DNA from: Escherichia phage EPIMAM01
Length of the DNA: 64,000 nt
Sequence record: PQ493298
Direction: 5' to 3' (one strand)
The notes under the pieces were generated by a model, which worked only from the letters and a program-made list of their open reading frames with translations, was not told the origin of the DNA and ran no database searches. Numbering within the stretch: position 1 is the stretch's first letter; the number at the start of each line of letters is the position of its first letter. Below, piece after piece: positions 19,446-28,310 of this stretch. A program made the translations under genes and the position numbers.

Positions 19446-20459
19446 TCATTTATAATAACTTCGATGGTTTTCAAGATAAACCCTCTCAAGGAAGTCATCC
19501 CAGAAACCCATGTCTACTTTTTGCTGCATACCGTTCTTAGAAGCTTCAATGGATGCTGCTTCTACTTGATCGACCACATCTTCCAAAAACTCTTGAACAG
19601 TTTTAAATGGATGTTTACCCAACTTCACGTCGAGAATAAATGGAGCATCTTGAAGTGGATAGACTAAGTCACCAGTTTTGTAAATTTCCAATAGTTGGAG
19701 TCCACCACGGCAAGCATGACTCAGAGCTTTCCAGTCAATGCCCTCATTAGCTTCGGCCTTACGAGCGCGTTCGCCGTATTCAGCATCAAGTTTATTCAAA
19801 GATTGCTTAAGCTCGATAAGAGAAAGCGTTGTTTGATATTTACGACCCAACACGGTGTAGAACGTTTGTGGGCCTGTTTTCTCATGATTATGGAATACCC
19901 ATTCACAGAATTCGTTCTCTGGAAGACGATGCTTAATATCTTCAACTTTAGTTCGACGCTGCTTAATGGAACCGTCTTCTTGGTAATCAACCCATTGCTC
20001 AGGGATTTGATTAACTACTTTCAATACATCACGTAATGCGGCCAAACGAGAACCCTTAACACCGTATTTAGAAGCTTGCTTGCGAACATATCCTAAATAG
20101 GATTTCATGTTAGTCGTATAAAAACGAGAACGATTGTCTTGAATAAACTTCCATACATCAGGCAAATCAGATTTAACCACTAGTTCCGGTGGAGTGTGGA
20201 GCATATCCAATGCTACAGTTTCACCATCTGCAGCTAATTTAAAGAAATACTTAAGACTATATAGTTCATGGTCAATATCATCTTTAGTGTTTTTAGATGA
20301 TGTGTTGTTAGTGTTTTTACTCATATGCTCTTTAACATTTCCGATAAGAATATCACGAGCAGGAGGAACAAAGATTTCTTTAAAATCTACATCAGATTCT
20401 GGAGTAGAAGTTCCATAAAGATGACTACCAAAATAGCTTTTCATTACTGTTTTCATCAT
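19446..20459 (-). CDS. Polymerase-beta-fold nucleotidyltransferase
   Basis: 337 aa; GS-x10-D-x-D motif (GSHLYGTSTPESDVDF) plus downstream ALDML acidic motif; helical C-terminal domain. Confidence 0.65.
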   Translation of the reverse strand: MMKTVMKSYFGSHLYGTSTPESDVDFKEIFVPPARDILIGNVKEHMSKNTNNTSSKNTKDDIDHELYSLKYFFKLAADGETVALDMLHTPPELVVKSDLPDVWKFIQDNRSRFYTTNMKSYLGYVRKQASKYGVKGSRLAALRDVLKVVNQIPEQWVDYQEDGSIKQRRTKVEDIKHRLPENEFCEWVFHNHEKTGPQTFYTVLGRKYQTTLSLIELKQSLNKLDAEYGERARKAEANEGIDWKALSHACRGGLQLLEIYKTGDLVYPLQDAPFILDVKLGKHPFKTVQEFLEDVVDQVEAASIEASKNGMQQKVDMGFWDDFLERVYLENHRSYYK

Positions 20460-20917
20460 TCAGCCTTATATTCAATAACAGGACATACTTTAGCTTTACG
20501 CGCTTTTAAAAATTCGACGATAATAGATTTCTTGGGTTGAATAGGAGGTAAACCTTTATACGCCCTATCAATATTTTCTACATGTAAAGCATAATCCTTT
20601 TTCCATTTATAATCTTTATATTTTTCATGCAGTTGTGCAGGAATAACAAATGAACCAATAATAAGTAAAACAAGCAAAATGGCAAATATAAATGCTGATG
20701 GAATAAGAGTCCATAAACTACCAAAAATAATCCATTTCTGTATGATTTCTGCGCAGATGATAGTTAGACCTGTGAGTATAGTACATCCGAAAAAAGAAAC
20801 GAAAAATGTAGGGATAACAATAGACCAAAAGTATGCACACAGTGTCTTAGGTCGTTTCCATTCGTCGTTAAACAGTTTGAATAATTTATAGTGCCAAGAG
20901 TTTTCATTAATAATCAT
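20456..20917 (-). CDS. Membrane protein with three predicted TM helices, translationally coupled to the nucleotidyltransferase
   Basis: 153 aa; three long hydrophobic stretches; ATGA overlap with downstream NTase start. Confidence 0.6.
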   Translation of the reverse strand: MIINENSWHYKLFKLFNDEWKRPKTLCAYFWSIVIPTFFVSFFGCTILTGLTIICAEIIQKWIIFGSLWTLIPSAFIFAILLVLLIIGSFVIPAQLHEKYKDYKWKKDYALHVENIDRAYKGLPPIQPKKSIIVEFLKARKAKVCPVIEYKAE

Positions 20918-20919
20918 AA

Positions 20920-21441
20920 TTATCCTTTCATTGAAGGTGTAACAGTTGTTAAATACTTAATCATAGCTTCAGCTTCTGATTTTGATAATGAAATTTCTCC
21001 ATTGTTTTGACGAATAGAAATAAAATCCGGATGACGGTCACCACCAGCTTTTAAAATACACATATAAGTATCAGTTTCATCTTCAATATCTGAAATGATT
21101 GAAGCAGTTCCACATGAATGTGGTTTTTGATAAATCAATGCAGCTTTTCTTCCACCGTTTGACTGTTCATAAACTTTTAACACATCAAACAAATCGCTTC
21201 TTTTATCAATAGCTAAGATGTTGTTTTCATCTTCAATGTTAAATCCTTCGGATACTTCATAAAGTGTCACCCATAAATCACCTATATCGATAGTAGCATT
21301 TCCTTTTCCACGACTTTCAAGAGCATGACAAATTTTCTTGATTTCATCATAACTCATTTTAATAATATCATCTCCTTGAATAAGAAAGATGTCATTTTTA
21401 AATTCAACACGAATTAAACCGCTTTCACTTGAAATAAACAT
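20920..21441 (-). CDS. Hypothetical protein, paralog of 21448-22005
   Basis: 173 aa; C-terminal motif SEAEAMIKYLTTVTPSM resembles DEAIALKTYLDSVIPTM in neighbour. Confidence 0.55.
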   Translation of the reverse strand: MFISSESGLIRVEFKNDIFLIQGDDIIKMSYDEIKKICHALESRGKGNATIDIGDLWVTLYEVSEGFNIEDENNILAIDKRSDLFDVLKVYEQSNGGRKAALIYQKPHSCGTASIISDIEDETDTYMCILKAGGDRHPDFISIRQNNGEISLSKSEAEAMIKYLTTVTPSMKG

Positions 21442-21447
21442 ATTTCC

Positions 21448-22005
21448 TCACTTTGAAATCATAGTTGGAATGACAGAATCAAGATAAGTCTTTAGCGCAA
21501 TAGCTTCGTCTTTGGTAAATGTGACAATATGTGATCGAAAATCATCAATTTGACGAATAGTTAAGACATCTCCATCTTCATAACATTTTGATACATTTAA
21601 AACAGTTTCATCATTTTGATTGCAAGCGTTAGTAATAATAGCATTGCAATTTTTGAGCCATTTTAAACTATGTTTTCTTTCATTAGAATAATAAAAATAT
21701 TTAATCTTATCTATAAAACTATCCCAATGGATAACTGATAAACACATTGACTCACTTTTAATATTAAATCCTGGGCATGAAGAATAAAAATGAATTTTGT
21801 GCTCATCATTGATGCTTACTATTTTATCAGTATAAGGATATTCAATTTGGGTTAAATGAATGATTTCGCTAGGAGTAAAATATAGCATATCATCTTCTTG
21901 CGTCAAACAATACATATTATTTACTTTTTCTATAGCCAATTCGCCAAAAAGCGGACTAACTTCTAATACTAATCGTTTCATATTGATTCTCTTCGACTCA
22001 CTCAC
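21448..22005 (-). CDS. Hypothetical protein, paralog of 20920-21441
   Basis: 185 aa; shared C-terminal motif. Confidence 0.55.
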   Translation of the reverse strand: MSESKRINMKRLVLEVSPLFGELAIEKVNNMYCLTQEDDMLYFTPSEIIHLTQIEYPYTDKIVSINDEHKIHFYSSCPGFNIKSESMCLSVIHWDSFIDKIKYFYYSNERKHSLKWLKNCNAIITNACNQNDETVLNVSKCYEDGDVLTIRQIDDFRSHIVTFTKDEAIALKTYLDSVIPTMISK

Positions 22006-22140
22006 AATTACATACTCCTTTGAATAATATCAATAATGTTGTTCACCAGATTATAAGTAAACATTGGATAATTATATTGAATCATCACATACACAACAAA
22101 CAAAACTTTCATTCTCTTCTCCTTGGCAGTTGACAAGATT

Positions 22141-22170
22141 ACTATATCATAACCTTGCCAACTTGTAAAC
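22141..22170 (-). promoter_or_regulatory. Early promoter with -10 inside inverted repeat (ttggcaag / cttgtcaa)
   Basis: gtaaac 22165-22170, actata 22141-22146. Confidence 0.45.
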
Positions 22171-22172
22171 CA

Positions 22173-22346
22173 TTAAATGACGTTTTCAATAAAATTCTGA
22201 AGCTTTGTGTGAGCATCAACCATGATTTTCATTTCTTCCTTTGCGAAAGCTGTACCTCTTTCTCGAGCAGAATACTCATAGTCAGAAACTGCATTAGCAT
22301 ATTCTTCAATTAGCTTCATTAAAAACATCTGCTTTTCAGTTTTCAT
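22173..22346 (-). CDS. Small hypothetical protein (57 aa), not in ORF track
   Basis: ATG at 22346 overlapping stop of upstream ORF; open to TAA at 22173. Confidence 0.3.
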   Translation of the reverse strand: MKTEKQMFLMKLIEEYANAVSDYEYSARERGTAFAKEEMKIMVDAHTKLQNFIENVI

Positions 22347-22530
22347 TATTCCACCTAATCATTTCAAGATATTGAACTAACTTAGCTTTGGATTTATCCA
22401 AATCCTTTTTAGCTGCTTCTATACCATCGTATGAGTATCCTTCACAATGCTCAACTGCTAATTGATATGAATCTATTTCAACATCACGTGCTAATTTAAT
22501 AATTTTTTCAAACTGTTCACATGTTAGCAT
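22336..22530 (-). CDS. Small hypothetical protein
   Basis: 64-aa ORF. Confidence 0.45.
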   Translation of the reverse strand: MLTCEQFEKIIKLARDVEIDSYQLAVEHCEGYSYDGIEAAKKDLDKSKAKLVQYLEMIRWNNEN

Positions 22531-22532
22531 AC

Positions 22533-22736
22533 TTAAACTCTCGTATTATGATCGATAATTTCATCAAGAAACATATCTAAAGCTTCTACAGCATTATCAA
22601 CTTTAGCTTCAAATTTTTCAATACCTTTATTTGCAATGCCTGCCGAAAACCAAGCAAAGTCACTAAGTTCCTCATCTGCTTTGCGAATTAAAGCTACCAA
22701 TTCTTTAATTTTATCTGCTTGTTCAATTCTAGTCAT
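22533..22736 (-). CDS. Small hypothetical protein
   Basis: ATG 22736 overlaps upstream stop by 1 nt. Confidence 0.45.
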   Translation of the reverse strand: MTRIEQADKIKELVALIRKADEELSDFAWFSAGIANKGIEKFEAKVDNAVEALDMFLDEIIDHNTRV

Positions 22737-22924
22737 TATTCCACCACATATGAAAGAGAGAATATTGCACACGCCATATGAGTTGCAGCTTCATCACACA
22801 TATCATAACGTTTCTTAAGAAGTTCTACAAGTTCTTCACTAGTAACTTCATCCATGTCGACGAAAAAATCACCATTAATGATGACGTAGATATTTCCTTC
22901 TTGATTAAGTGCTTCAATTTTCAT
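22736..22924 (-). CDS. Small acidic hypothetical protein
   Basis: ATG 22924 preceded by AGAGGAG Shine-Dalgarno. Confidence 0.45.
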   Translation of the reverse strand: MKIEALNQEGNIYVIINGDFFVDMDEVTSEELVELLKKRYDMCDEAATHMACAIFSLSYVVE

Positions 22925-22953
22925 GATGTTCTCCTCTTTATCCGATAGTTGTA

Positions 22954-22982
22954 TAGTATCACAGCTCAAATGGAAAGTAAAC
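22954..22982 (-). promoter_or_regulatory. T4-type early promoter (GTTTAC / TACTAT)
   Basis: gtaaac 22977-22982, atagta 22954-22959. Confidence 0.5.
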
Positions 22983-22997
22983 CGGTAAAATGAAAAA

Positions 22998-23015
22998 AGT
23001 CTCCCGAAGGAGACT
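22998..23015 (-). terminator. Stem-loop with UUCG tetraloop (minus strand)
   Basis: agtctcc-cgaa-ggagact. Confidence 0.5.
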
Positions 23016-23019
23016 AATG

Positions 23020-23406
23020 TTATTCGAGGGAAAGAAGATATTTGCTCTGGTAAAACATCCCAGTAATATCATCTATCGTGCTTTGAATGGCTGGAGGCAT
23101 TTCTTTATAAATGCTGTTAGATTGATCTAGTATGTGATCAATCATTTTAATTGTATCGGTAGGAAGTTTACTGGCGTCTGGAATAGAAGGCGTGTATTTT
23201 CTACCAGAATACCCTAAATATTGCTCACCAAATTTATCAATCAAATCTGGCAATTCAGAGAAAATAAAATCGTATGCTTTGTGTCTAGCATAACTTTTAG
23301 TTTCAAAATGTGCAGAATGAAAATAAGCTTGTGCAGCCATTAATAAACCTAAGTATTCATCTGCCTTTGAAGGTTTTCCACTTTGTGAAAAGTCGCTGAA
23401 TTTCAT
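23020..23406 (-). CDS. Hypothetical protein upstream of rI (rI.-1 position)
   Basis: 128-aa ORF; ATGA-coupled to rI. Confidence 0.5.
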   Translation of the reverse strand: MKFSDFSQSGKPSKADEYLGLLMAAQAYFHSAHFETKSYARHKAYDFIFSELPDLIDKFGEQYLGYSGRKYTPSIPDASKLPTDTIKMIDHILDQSNSIYKEMPPAIQSTIDDITGMFYQSKYLLSLE

Positions 23407-23696
23407 TCAGTCTCCAATTTAATGTTCATAATTCTAGCGTATGATTGTGCCATCTCCGCGCCTCGCTCTATACATTCAAAATCGGAAGAGCACGGGTCAT
23501 TTTTATAAGTCGTTCGCATAAAACTATAGAACTGTTCAGATGATTCTACGCTTTTATTTTCAAAAAGCATATAAACGTGTCTAATACCAGATTCCATAAA
23601 TTTATCAAAATGAGGATCGACATTCGCTTCAATTGGTGGAGATAAAGCAAACGCTAATCCTAGCATGGCAAATAGTGCCGTTGCTTTTAAGGCCAT
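23403..23696 (-). CDS. rI: Lysis inhibition regulator RI (secreted antiholin)
   Basis: 97 aa; N-terminal signal/anchor MALKATALFAMLGLAFALSPPIEA; matches my recollection of T4 RI. Confidence 0.8.
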   Translation of the reverse strand: MALKATALFAMLGLAFALSPPIEANVDPHFDKFMESGIRHVYMLFENKSVESSEQFYSFMRTTYKNDPCSSDFECIERGAEMAQSYARIMNIKLETE

Positions 23697-23708
23697 AAAG
23701 GCCTCCTA

Positions 23709-23921
23709 TCATTTTTGTCCTGTATTTACTTTATGCCGATACACGGCCTTAACTTTATCAAGGTATTTTTCAAAATTTCGCAATCTAGTATAGTCTGCCG
23801 GAGATTGGTTGAGTGATACTTCTCGACGCAAAGCTGAAATGATATTTCCAACTTCCCTACGAATTTCATCTAATTGAAGAACAGTAAGATTGCGAAGTTG
23901 CTTTTCAGTTAATTGTAGCAT
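23709..23921 (-). CDS. Small hypothetical protein
   Basis: 70-aa ORF. Confidence 0.5.
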   Translation of the reverse strand: MLQLTEKQLRNLTVLQLDEIRREVGNIISALRREVSLNQSPADYTRLRNFEKYLDKVKAVYRHKVNTGQK

Positions 23922-23963
23922 ATATACCCCTTTAGTTAGATAAACCTATTTATAACTTTTGCA

Positions 23964-24545
23964 CTAACCGAGCTTTTTAGTTAATTCATTCCAATGTTTT
24001 CTACACAAAGAAACATAAATTTCATCACCAATACAGATTTGATTACCTTCTTTAACTGGTGTTCCATCTTCCATTAATCGAGCTGTCATAATAGCCTTTT
24101 TACCACAATGACAAACTGCCTTTAGTTCAATAAGTTTATCTGCAATCGCCAAAAGTTCTTTAGAACCTTCAAATAATTTTCCAGCGAAATCAGTCCTTAG
24201 TCCATAAGCCATAACAGGAACATTATATGTATCAACAATTCGGCTTAATTGATGCACCTGTTCAGTTTTTAAAAACTGGGCTTCATCTACAAATACACAA
24301 TGAATATCTTTTTGTGCTTCAGCCCATTTATAGAACTCAAAAATATCCATATCATCCGTAATAATATTCGCTTCCTGCTTAATTCCAATGCGAGAAACGA
24401 CTTCACAGACAGAATCACGAGTATCAATAGCAGGCTTAAGAACTAATACACCCATTCCGCGTTCTTTATAATTATGTGCAGCAGTCAAAAGAGAAGCAGA
24501 TTTTCCAGCATTCATTGCTGCGTAAGTAAAAATTAAACTCGCCAT
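23964..24545 (-). CDS. tk: Thymidine kinase
   Basis: 193 aa; P-loop AAMNAGKS and zinc-binding cysteines near C-terminus. Confidence 0.85.
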   Translation of the reverse strand: MASLIFTYAAMNAGKSASLLTAAHNYKERGMGVLVLKPAIDTRDSVCEVVSRIGIKQEANIITDDMDIFEFYKWAEAQKDIHCVFVDEAQFLKTEQVHQLSRIVDTYNVPVMAYGLRTDFAGKLFEGSKELLAIADKLIELKAVCHCGKKAIMTARLMEDGTPVKEGNQICIGDEIYVSLCRKHWNELTKKLG

Positions 24546-24554
24546 ATCACCTTC

Positions 24555-24740
24555 TTAAAGCGTATTCACATAAGCTATTAATTCGTTTTCTTTCTTATCA
24601 AACCGATCAGCAAATTCTTCTTGCTGATCGGGAGATAGCGGGCCGTATTCATCATAAAAGGTGTTTGCTTCTGTATGCTCATCTAGAAGTTCATGGATAA
24701 GCTCAAACAATTTATCTTTTTGTTCTTTACTCAGACTCAT
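24555..24740 (-). CDS. Small acidic hypothetical protein
   Basis: 61-aa ORF. Confidence 0.5.
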   Translation of the reverse strand: MSLSKEQKDKLFELIHELLDEHTEANTFYDEYGPLSPDQQEEFADRFDKKENELIAYVNTL

Positions 24741-24910
24741 ATATTAATTTCCAGGAGTTTTAAAATAATTCGCTTTTGCTTAAATATTTCCATAGTTAAA
24801 TGACCAGTATCTTTTTGACCGATTCCAATGGCAAAACCTTTATTGACAGCGAGTTCAATTAAATTATCAAGCTCACGTAACACTTCATATTGTAACTCAA
24901 AACTATTCAT
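24737..24910 (-). CDS. Small hypothetical protein (57 aa), not in ORF track
   Basis: ATGA overlaps at both ends (with 24907-25134 and 24555-24740). Confidence 0.35.
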   Translation of the reverse strand: MNSFELQYEVLRELDNLIELAVNKGFAIGIGQKDTGHLTMEIFKQKRIILKLLEINI

Positions 24911-25134
24911 TTCGGTTTACCTTCTTTAACGAAATCGGGATAAGGATAAAATCCTGAATAAAATCCTTCACCTTTATGATTGATGCATCCTTTATTAGAA
25001 CAATAGCACCAATAATCGAAATCACAAGCCATTTCATCATTACATAAAGCAAAAACAACTGGCCATTCACACTTTTCGCAGTGGGCATTTTTAAGAATAC
25101 TTGTTTGGCTCATAACCATGTAACCTTTAAACAA
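24907..25134 (-). CDS. Small cysteine-rich protein (putative zinc-binding)
   Basis: 75 aa with 9 Cys (CEKCEW...CNDEMACDFDYWCYCSNKGC). Confidence 0.5.
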   Translation of the reverse strand: MFKGYMVMSQTSILKNAHCEKCEWPVVFALCNDEMACDFDYWCYCSNKGCINHKGEGFYSGFYPYPDFVKEGKPK

Positions 25135-25322
25135 TATTCTTCTACGTGTTGTTTACGACCTTTCTTATCAATAAAGGTATATTCAACGAATGTTCCAATA
25201 TAGTCTTTATCTACACCATGTGGACTATTAATTGGGCATTTAGTACGGCAAATGCGTTCCCATTGACAAATAATTTCCACTTTGTTTTTAGGATCAAACG
25301 GATGCGGGTAATGTACTTTCAT
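25110..25322 (-). CDS. Small cysteine-rich protein
   Basis: 70 aa; CQWERICRTKC motif. Confidence 0.45.
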   Translation of the reverse strand: MKVHYPHPFDPKNKVEIICQWERICRTKCPINSPHGVDKDYIGTFVEYTFIDKKGRKQHVEEYCLKVTWL

Positions 25323-25773
25323 AATCCACCACTATTAAATCAATATCAGGAGTAAACATGTCGATTAATTTAGAAACCTTATCCCAATCGCCGCCAGCAA
25401 TACCGCAACCTATACGTGGAATGTAAATTACTGGTTTAAACAAAAGGGTTTCTGCCTGTAGATTTAATTCTATCATGCAGTTTACTAAAGCACCATAATC
25501 AAGATTAGGACCCGGTTCGTATTGCGTATACAGGTTATAGCATATACCAAATCCCGTAGGACTATGTTTAAAAACAATAGACATATCGCCTAATTTATCA
25601 CGAGAACCGTACTCGGTAGTGGTTTTATCTATTTCTAAAATTTTGGGATAGGCTCTTGCTAATTGACCCGCTACGCCAGAGCCCATTGTGTGGAAGCAAT
25701 TGCACCCGTGCGCAATAATATTACCTTGAAGAAATAGGGCGACAATATCGCCCTTGATATATTTTACAATCAT
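25294..25773 (-). CDS. Macro-domain-like protein (possible ADP-ribose binding/processing)
   Basis: 159 aa; glycine-rich GxGVAG loop and IYIPRIGCGIAGGDW segment resemble macro-domain motifs (recollection, not searched). Confidence 0.5.
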   Translation of the reverse strand: MIVKYIKGDIVALFLQGNIIAHGCNCFHTMGSGVAGQLARAYPKILEIDKTTTEYGSRDKLGDMSIVFKHSPTGFGICYNLYTQYEPGPNLDYGALVNCMIELNLQAETLLFKPVIYIPRIGCGIAGGDWDKVSKLIDMFTPDIDLIVVDYESTLPASV

Positions 25774-26117
25774 CTAGTACTCAATCCTCGATTATAAGAA
25801 TCTACTAAACGGTCAACCATTGAATGACAAGCGGCTTTATCTTTCTCCTCCGCAACTGAACATTCTAAGGTATTCCACTTTTTAGCATATCGTTTTAACA
25901 ATGTATCATTTTTATATCTGCTTGATTTATCTCTTTCTCCATCTTTATATGCATATATTAATTTCTGCGCAAATTCAGCTTGGCATGCTTTATTTTTTCC
26001 GCAATAATCCGCGGCAGTACGGTTTACATACTCTCTAATTTCAGTATATGATGTATCTGCTAACGCAGAAGCAGAAAATGAAATTAATCCTATACATAAA
26101 ACCAAAATTTTAGTCAT
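25770..26117 (-). CDS. Secreted/periplasmic small protein (vs position)
   Basis: 115 aa; signal peptide MTKILVLCIGLISFSASALA; four Cys. Confidence 0.5.
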   Translation of the reverse strand: MTKILVLCIGLISFSASALADTSYTEIREYVNRTAADYCGKNKACQAEFAQKLIYAYKDGERDKSSRYKNDTLLKRYAKKWNTLECSVAEEKDKAACHSMVDRLVDSYNRGLSTR

Positions 26118-26655
26118 TTACTATTTCCAAAAGTTTATTATTTTTAAGGTAATTAGCCTTTTCTAGGACTTCAGAAGCATATTTAGAACCTGCTTTAACA
26201 TTCCATCCCGAATTATAAGAGGATATTGCTTTTCTTATATCGCCCTTATGTATATTTAACCAATAAGAAAGTTCAATGTACGCCCAGGAAGCTGAATTGG
26301 ACCGTTTATTCAACATTCTTTTTATTTCAGCATCGGTCATATTATAACCAAGTTCCTTAACTCTTGCTCGCATAGTAGGCAAATAATTTTGGAACATTCC
26401 ATAGGCATGATGCTTTGGTTTAGATTTTAAATTAACTCCGGCAGAGCTTTCTTGCCATAAAATAGCAGCCATTATATGACCCAATCCGCTCTTGTGGATG
26501 TTTTTGTGTGTTTTATATTTTCCATCCTTAGAAAATTGTTCCCCGAATTGATATGCGTAGCGCATGTTATCGAGTTGGACATTACTGAAAGTATGCTCGG
26601 AGCTATGTGCCATCATTGAAATGGCCAATAGACCAGCGAGTAGTGCTTTTCTCAT
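26110..26655 (-). CDS. Secreted lytic transglycosylase-like protein
   Basis: 181 aa; signal peptide; SLT-like motifs WQESSAG, GMFQ, SYNSG. Confidence 0.65.
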   Translation of the reverse strand: MRKALLAGLLAISMMAHSSEHTFSNVQLDNMRYAYQFGEQFSKDGKYKTHKNIHKSGLGHIMAAILWQESSAGVNLKSKPKHHAYGMFQNYLPTMRARVKELGYNMTDAEIKRMLNKRSNSASWAYIELSYWLNIHKGDIRKAISSYNSGWNVKAGSKYASEVLEKANYLKNNKLLEIVND

Positions 26656-26662
26656 GCTTACC

Positions 26663-27124
26663 TCATTGAGTTTTAATTACTGCTTTAGAAGCCTTTCCTG
26701 GTAAACGACGACTGTTGATAATTGCCATCCTGCATTGAAGCGACGGGTCTTTGAACTTCGCATTAGGTTTACAAACCGTAAATCCAAGCCAAAGATTTCC
26801 ATCTGTGATTTCTAAACGTCCAGGACGGTATTCAACCCCATCAATAAAATCCTCGTCAATATCAGGACGTGGAGGCATACTCAGGAATTCATTAACTTCT
26901 AAAACATGGTCTTTTATTTTGTGGAATAATTCAAAAACATATGTCTCATCAATCTCCCGTTGAATTGCACGATCAAGAAGATGCTGAGAATATTTTAGAT
27001 GAAACGATGAGACCCCTGCTGCTTTTGATGCCTCGCGAATCTCATTGTTAATTTGACGAAACTCCGACTCAAAGTGACGACGAAGCTTATTTCGACGGAT
27101 AAAAACTTCTGTGTTGATAGTCAT
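26663..27124 (-). CDS. regB: Endoribonuclease RegB
   Basis: 153 aa; MTINTEVFIRRNKLRRHFESEFRQ... as recalled for T4 RegB. Confidence 0.8.
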   Translation of the reverse strand: MTINTEVFIRRNKLRRHFESEFRQINNEIREASKAAGVSSFHLKYSQHLLDRAIQREIDETYVFELFHKIKDHVLEVNEFLSMPPRPDIDEDFIDGVEYRPGRLEITDGNLWLGFTVCKPNAKFKDPSLQCRMAIINSRRLPGKASKAVIKTQ

Positions 27125-27151
27125 GTTATTCTCCTCTTAACTGATAGAAAA

Positions 27152-27181
27152 ATTATACCACAGTCAAGAGGAAAAGTAAAC
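27152..27181 (-). promoter_or_regulatory. T4-type early promoter (GTTTAC / TATAAT) upstream of regB
   Basis: gtaaac 27176-27181, attata 27152-27157. Confidence 0.5.
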
Positions 27182-27183
27182 AG

Positions 27184-27462
27184 TTATTCTTTAAATCTAA
27201 TCAATTTATTCATAGACTTTGAAACTTCTGCACGGACCTCATGTAGGTTTTTAAGCTGTTCAAGACGTTGCTCATAGTAAGCAATTTCATCTTCTTCAAG
27301 ACAGTCCTGTGAATCTTCTTTAAGATAACTTGCATAGTCCTGGAAAGCTTTACGGACTACTTCCTGGAAGTCATCAAGACTTTGAATTTTCTTAGGAGCA
27401 ACAGATACACGACGAGGGGCAGTATAATACTCATAACCAAACCCTGCGCTTAATTGAGCCAT
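27184..27462 (-). CDS. Hypothetical protein
   Basis: 92 aa from ATG 27462 (1-nt overlap with upstream stop). Confidence 0.5.
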   Translation of the reverse strand: MAQLSAGFGYEYYTAPRRVSVAPKKIQSLDDFQEVVRKAFQDYASYLKEDSQDCLEEDEIAYYEQRLEQLKNLHEVRAEVSKSMNKLIRFKE

Positions 27463-27764
27463 TAATATTTTTCCTCTGGTTGGAACACAGCACGACAAGC
27501 CCACATACTGGCTTCTTTGAGTTTCGTTTTAGCAATAGTTAACTGATCGAGGCTTTCAGCATAATTCTTCGCGAATTCACAGTCTTCACAATTATCTAGT
27601 GCTTCCCAGAATTCATCATATAAAGCGTCAAAGATAAGTCCTAAACGAACTTCGGCGTCTTTGATAGCATTCACTTTACCGATTTTCTCTTCAGTATGTG
27701 GCTTATAACCCTTAATGTCTTCAATCATATTTGACTTCCTCACCAGTACATAAATCATATTCAA
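27462..27764 (-). CDS. Small protein at vs.4 position (possibly Acb2-like cyclic-oligonucleotide sponge)
   Basis: 100-aa ORF; assignment by position and size only. Confidence 0.45.
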   Translation of the reverse strand: MNMIYVLVRKSNMIEDIKGYKPHTEEKIGKVNAIKDAEVRLGLIFDALYDEFWEALDNCEDCEFAKNYAESLDQLTIAKTKLKEASMWACRAVFQPEEKY

Positions 27765-27942
27765 CTAAACGAATAGGTTCATGAATGCCATATCCTTGAA
27801 CAGAAATTTCTGTCGTAGGATAAATTCCACTAATATCACCCATATTCCACGCTTCATTAAATTGCTGTTCGCCTGAATTACTAAACCATTCGGCGAAAGC
27901 ATTTAACACATCTTTAGAACCTTCAATAATTATCTTTGCCAT
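27721..27942 (-). CDS. Small hypothetical protein
   Basis: 73-aa ORF. Confidence 0.5.
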   Translation of the reverse strand: MAKIIIEGSKDVLNAFAEWFSNSGEQQFNEAWNMGDISGIYPTTEISVQGYGIHEPIRLVEYDLCTGEEVKYD

Positions 27943-28304
27943 TACAGACTCTCAGTAAAGGTACGAGCGATAACGTCGCGCTGCTGTTCCGGAGTCAGAG
28001 AGTTAAAGCGAACTGCATAACCGGATACACGGATGGTCAGCTGCGGATATTTTTCCGGATGCTTAACTGCATCTTCCAGAGTTTCACGACGCAGAACGTT
28101 AACGTTCAGGTGTTGACCACCTTCAATTTTAACTGTAGGTTGTGTTTCAATTTCAATTTCACGGGCATGCAAACCATAGAAAATTTCTGGATCTACAAAA
28201 GAGTCCTCTTTAAAGGTTTTAGAGACAATAATTCGTGCTTGAATACCATCTTCAAAATAAATAGTACCTTTATGTGTGCCTTCAAGAATTTGATATGCTT
28301 TCAT
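27942..28304 (-). CDS. GrcA/YfiD-like autonomous glycyl-radical protein
   Basis: 120 aa; C-terminal ~59 aa ([40 protein letters not shown]...) match my recollection of E. coli GrcA incl. RVSGY glycyl-radical motif; 3' half markedly GC-richer. Confidence 0.7.
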   Translation of the reverse strand: MKAYQILEGTHKGTIYFEDGIQARIIVSKTFKEDSFVDPEIFYGLHAREIEIETQPTVKIEGGQHLNVNVLRRETLEDAVKHPEKYPQLTIRVSGYAVRFNSLTPEQQRDVIARTFTESL

Positions 28305-28310
28305 ATAACC

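Noticed and set aside
19181-19498. 105-aa version of the small acidic ORF
   Set aside because: It would read through a UUCG terminator hairpin (19425-19444) and an early promoter; the ATG at 19330 downstream of the promoter is more plausible.
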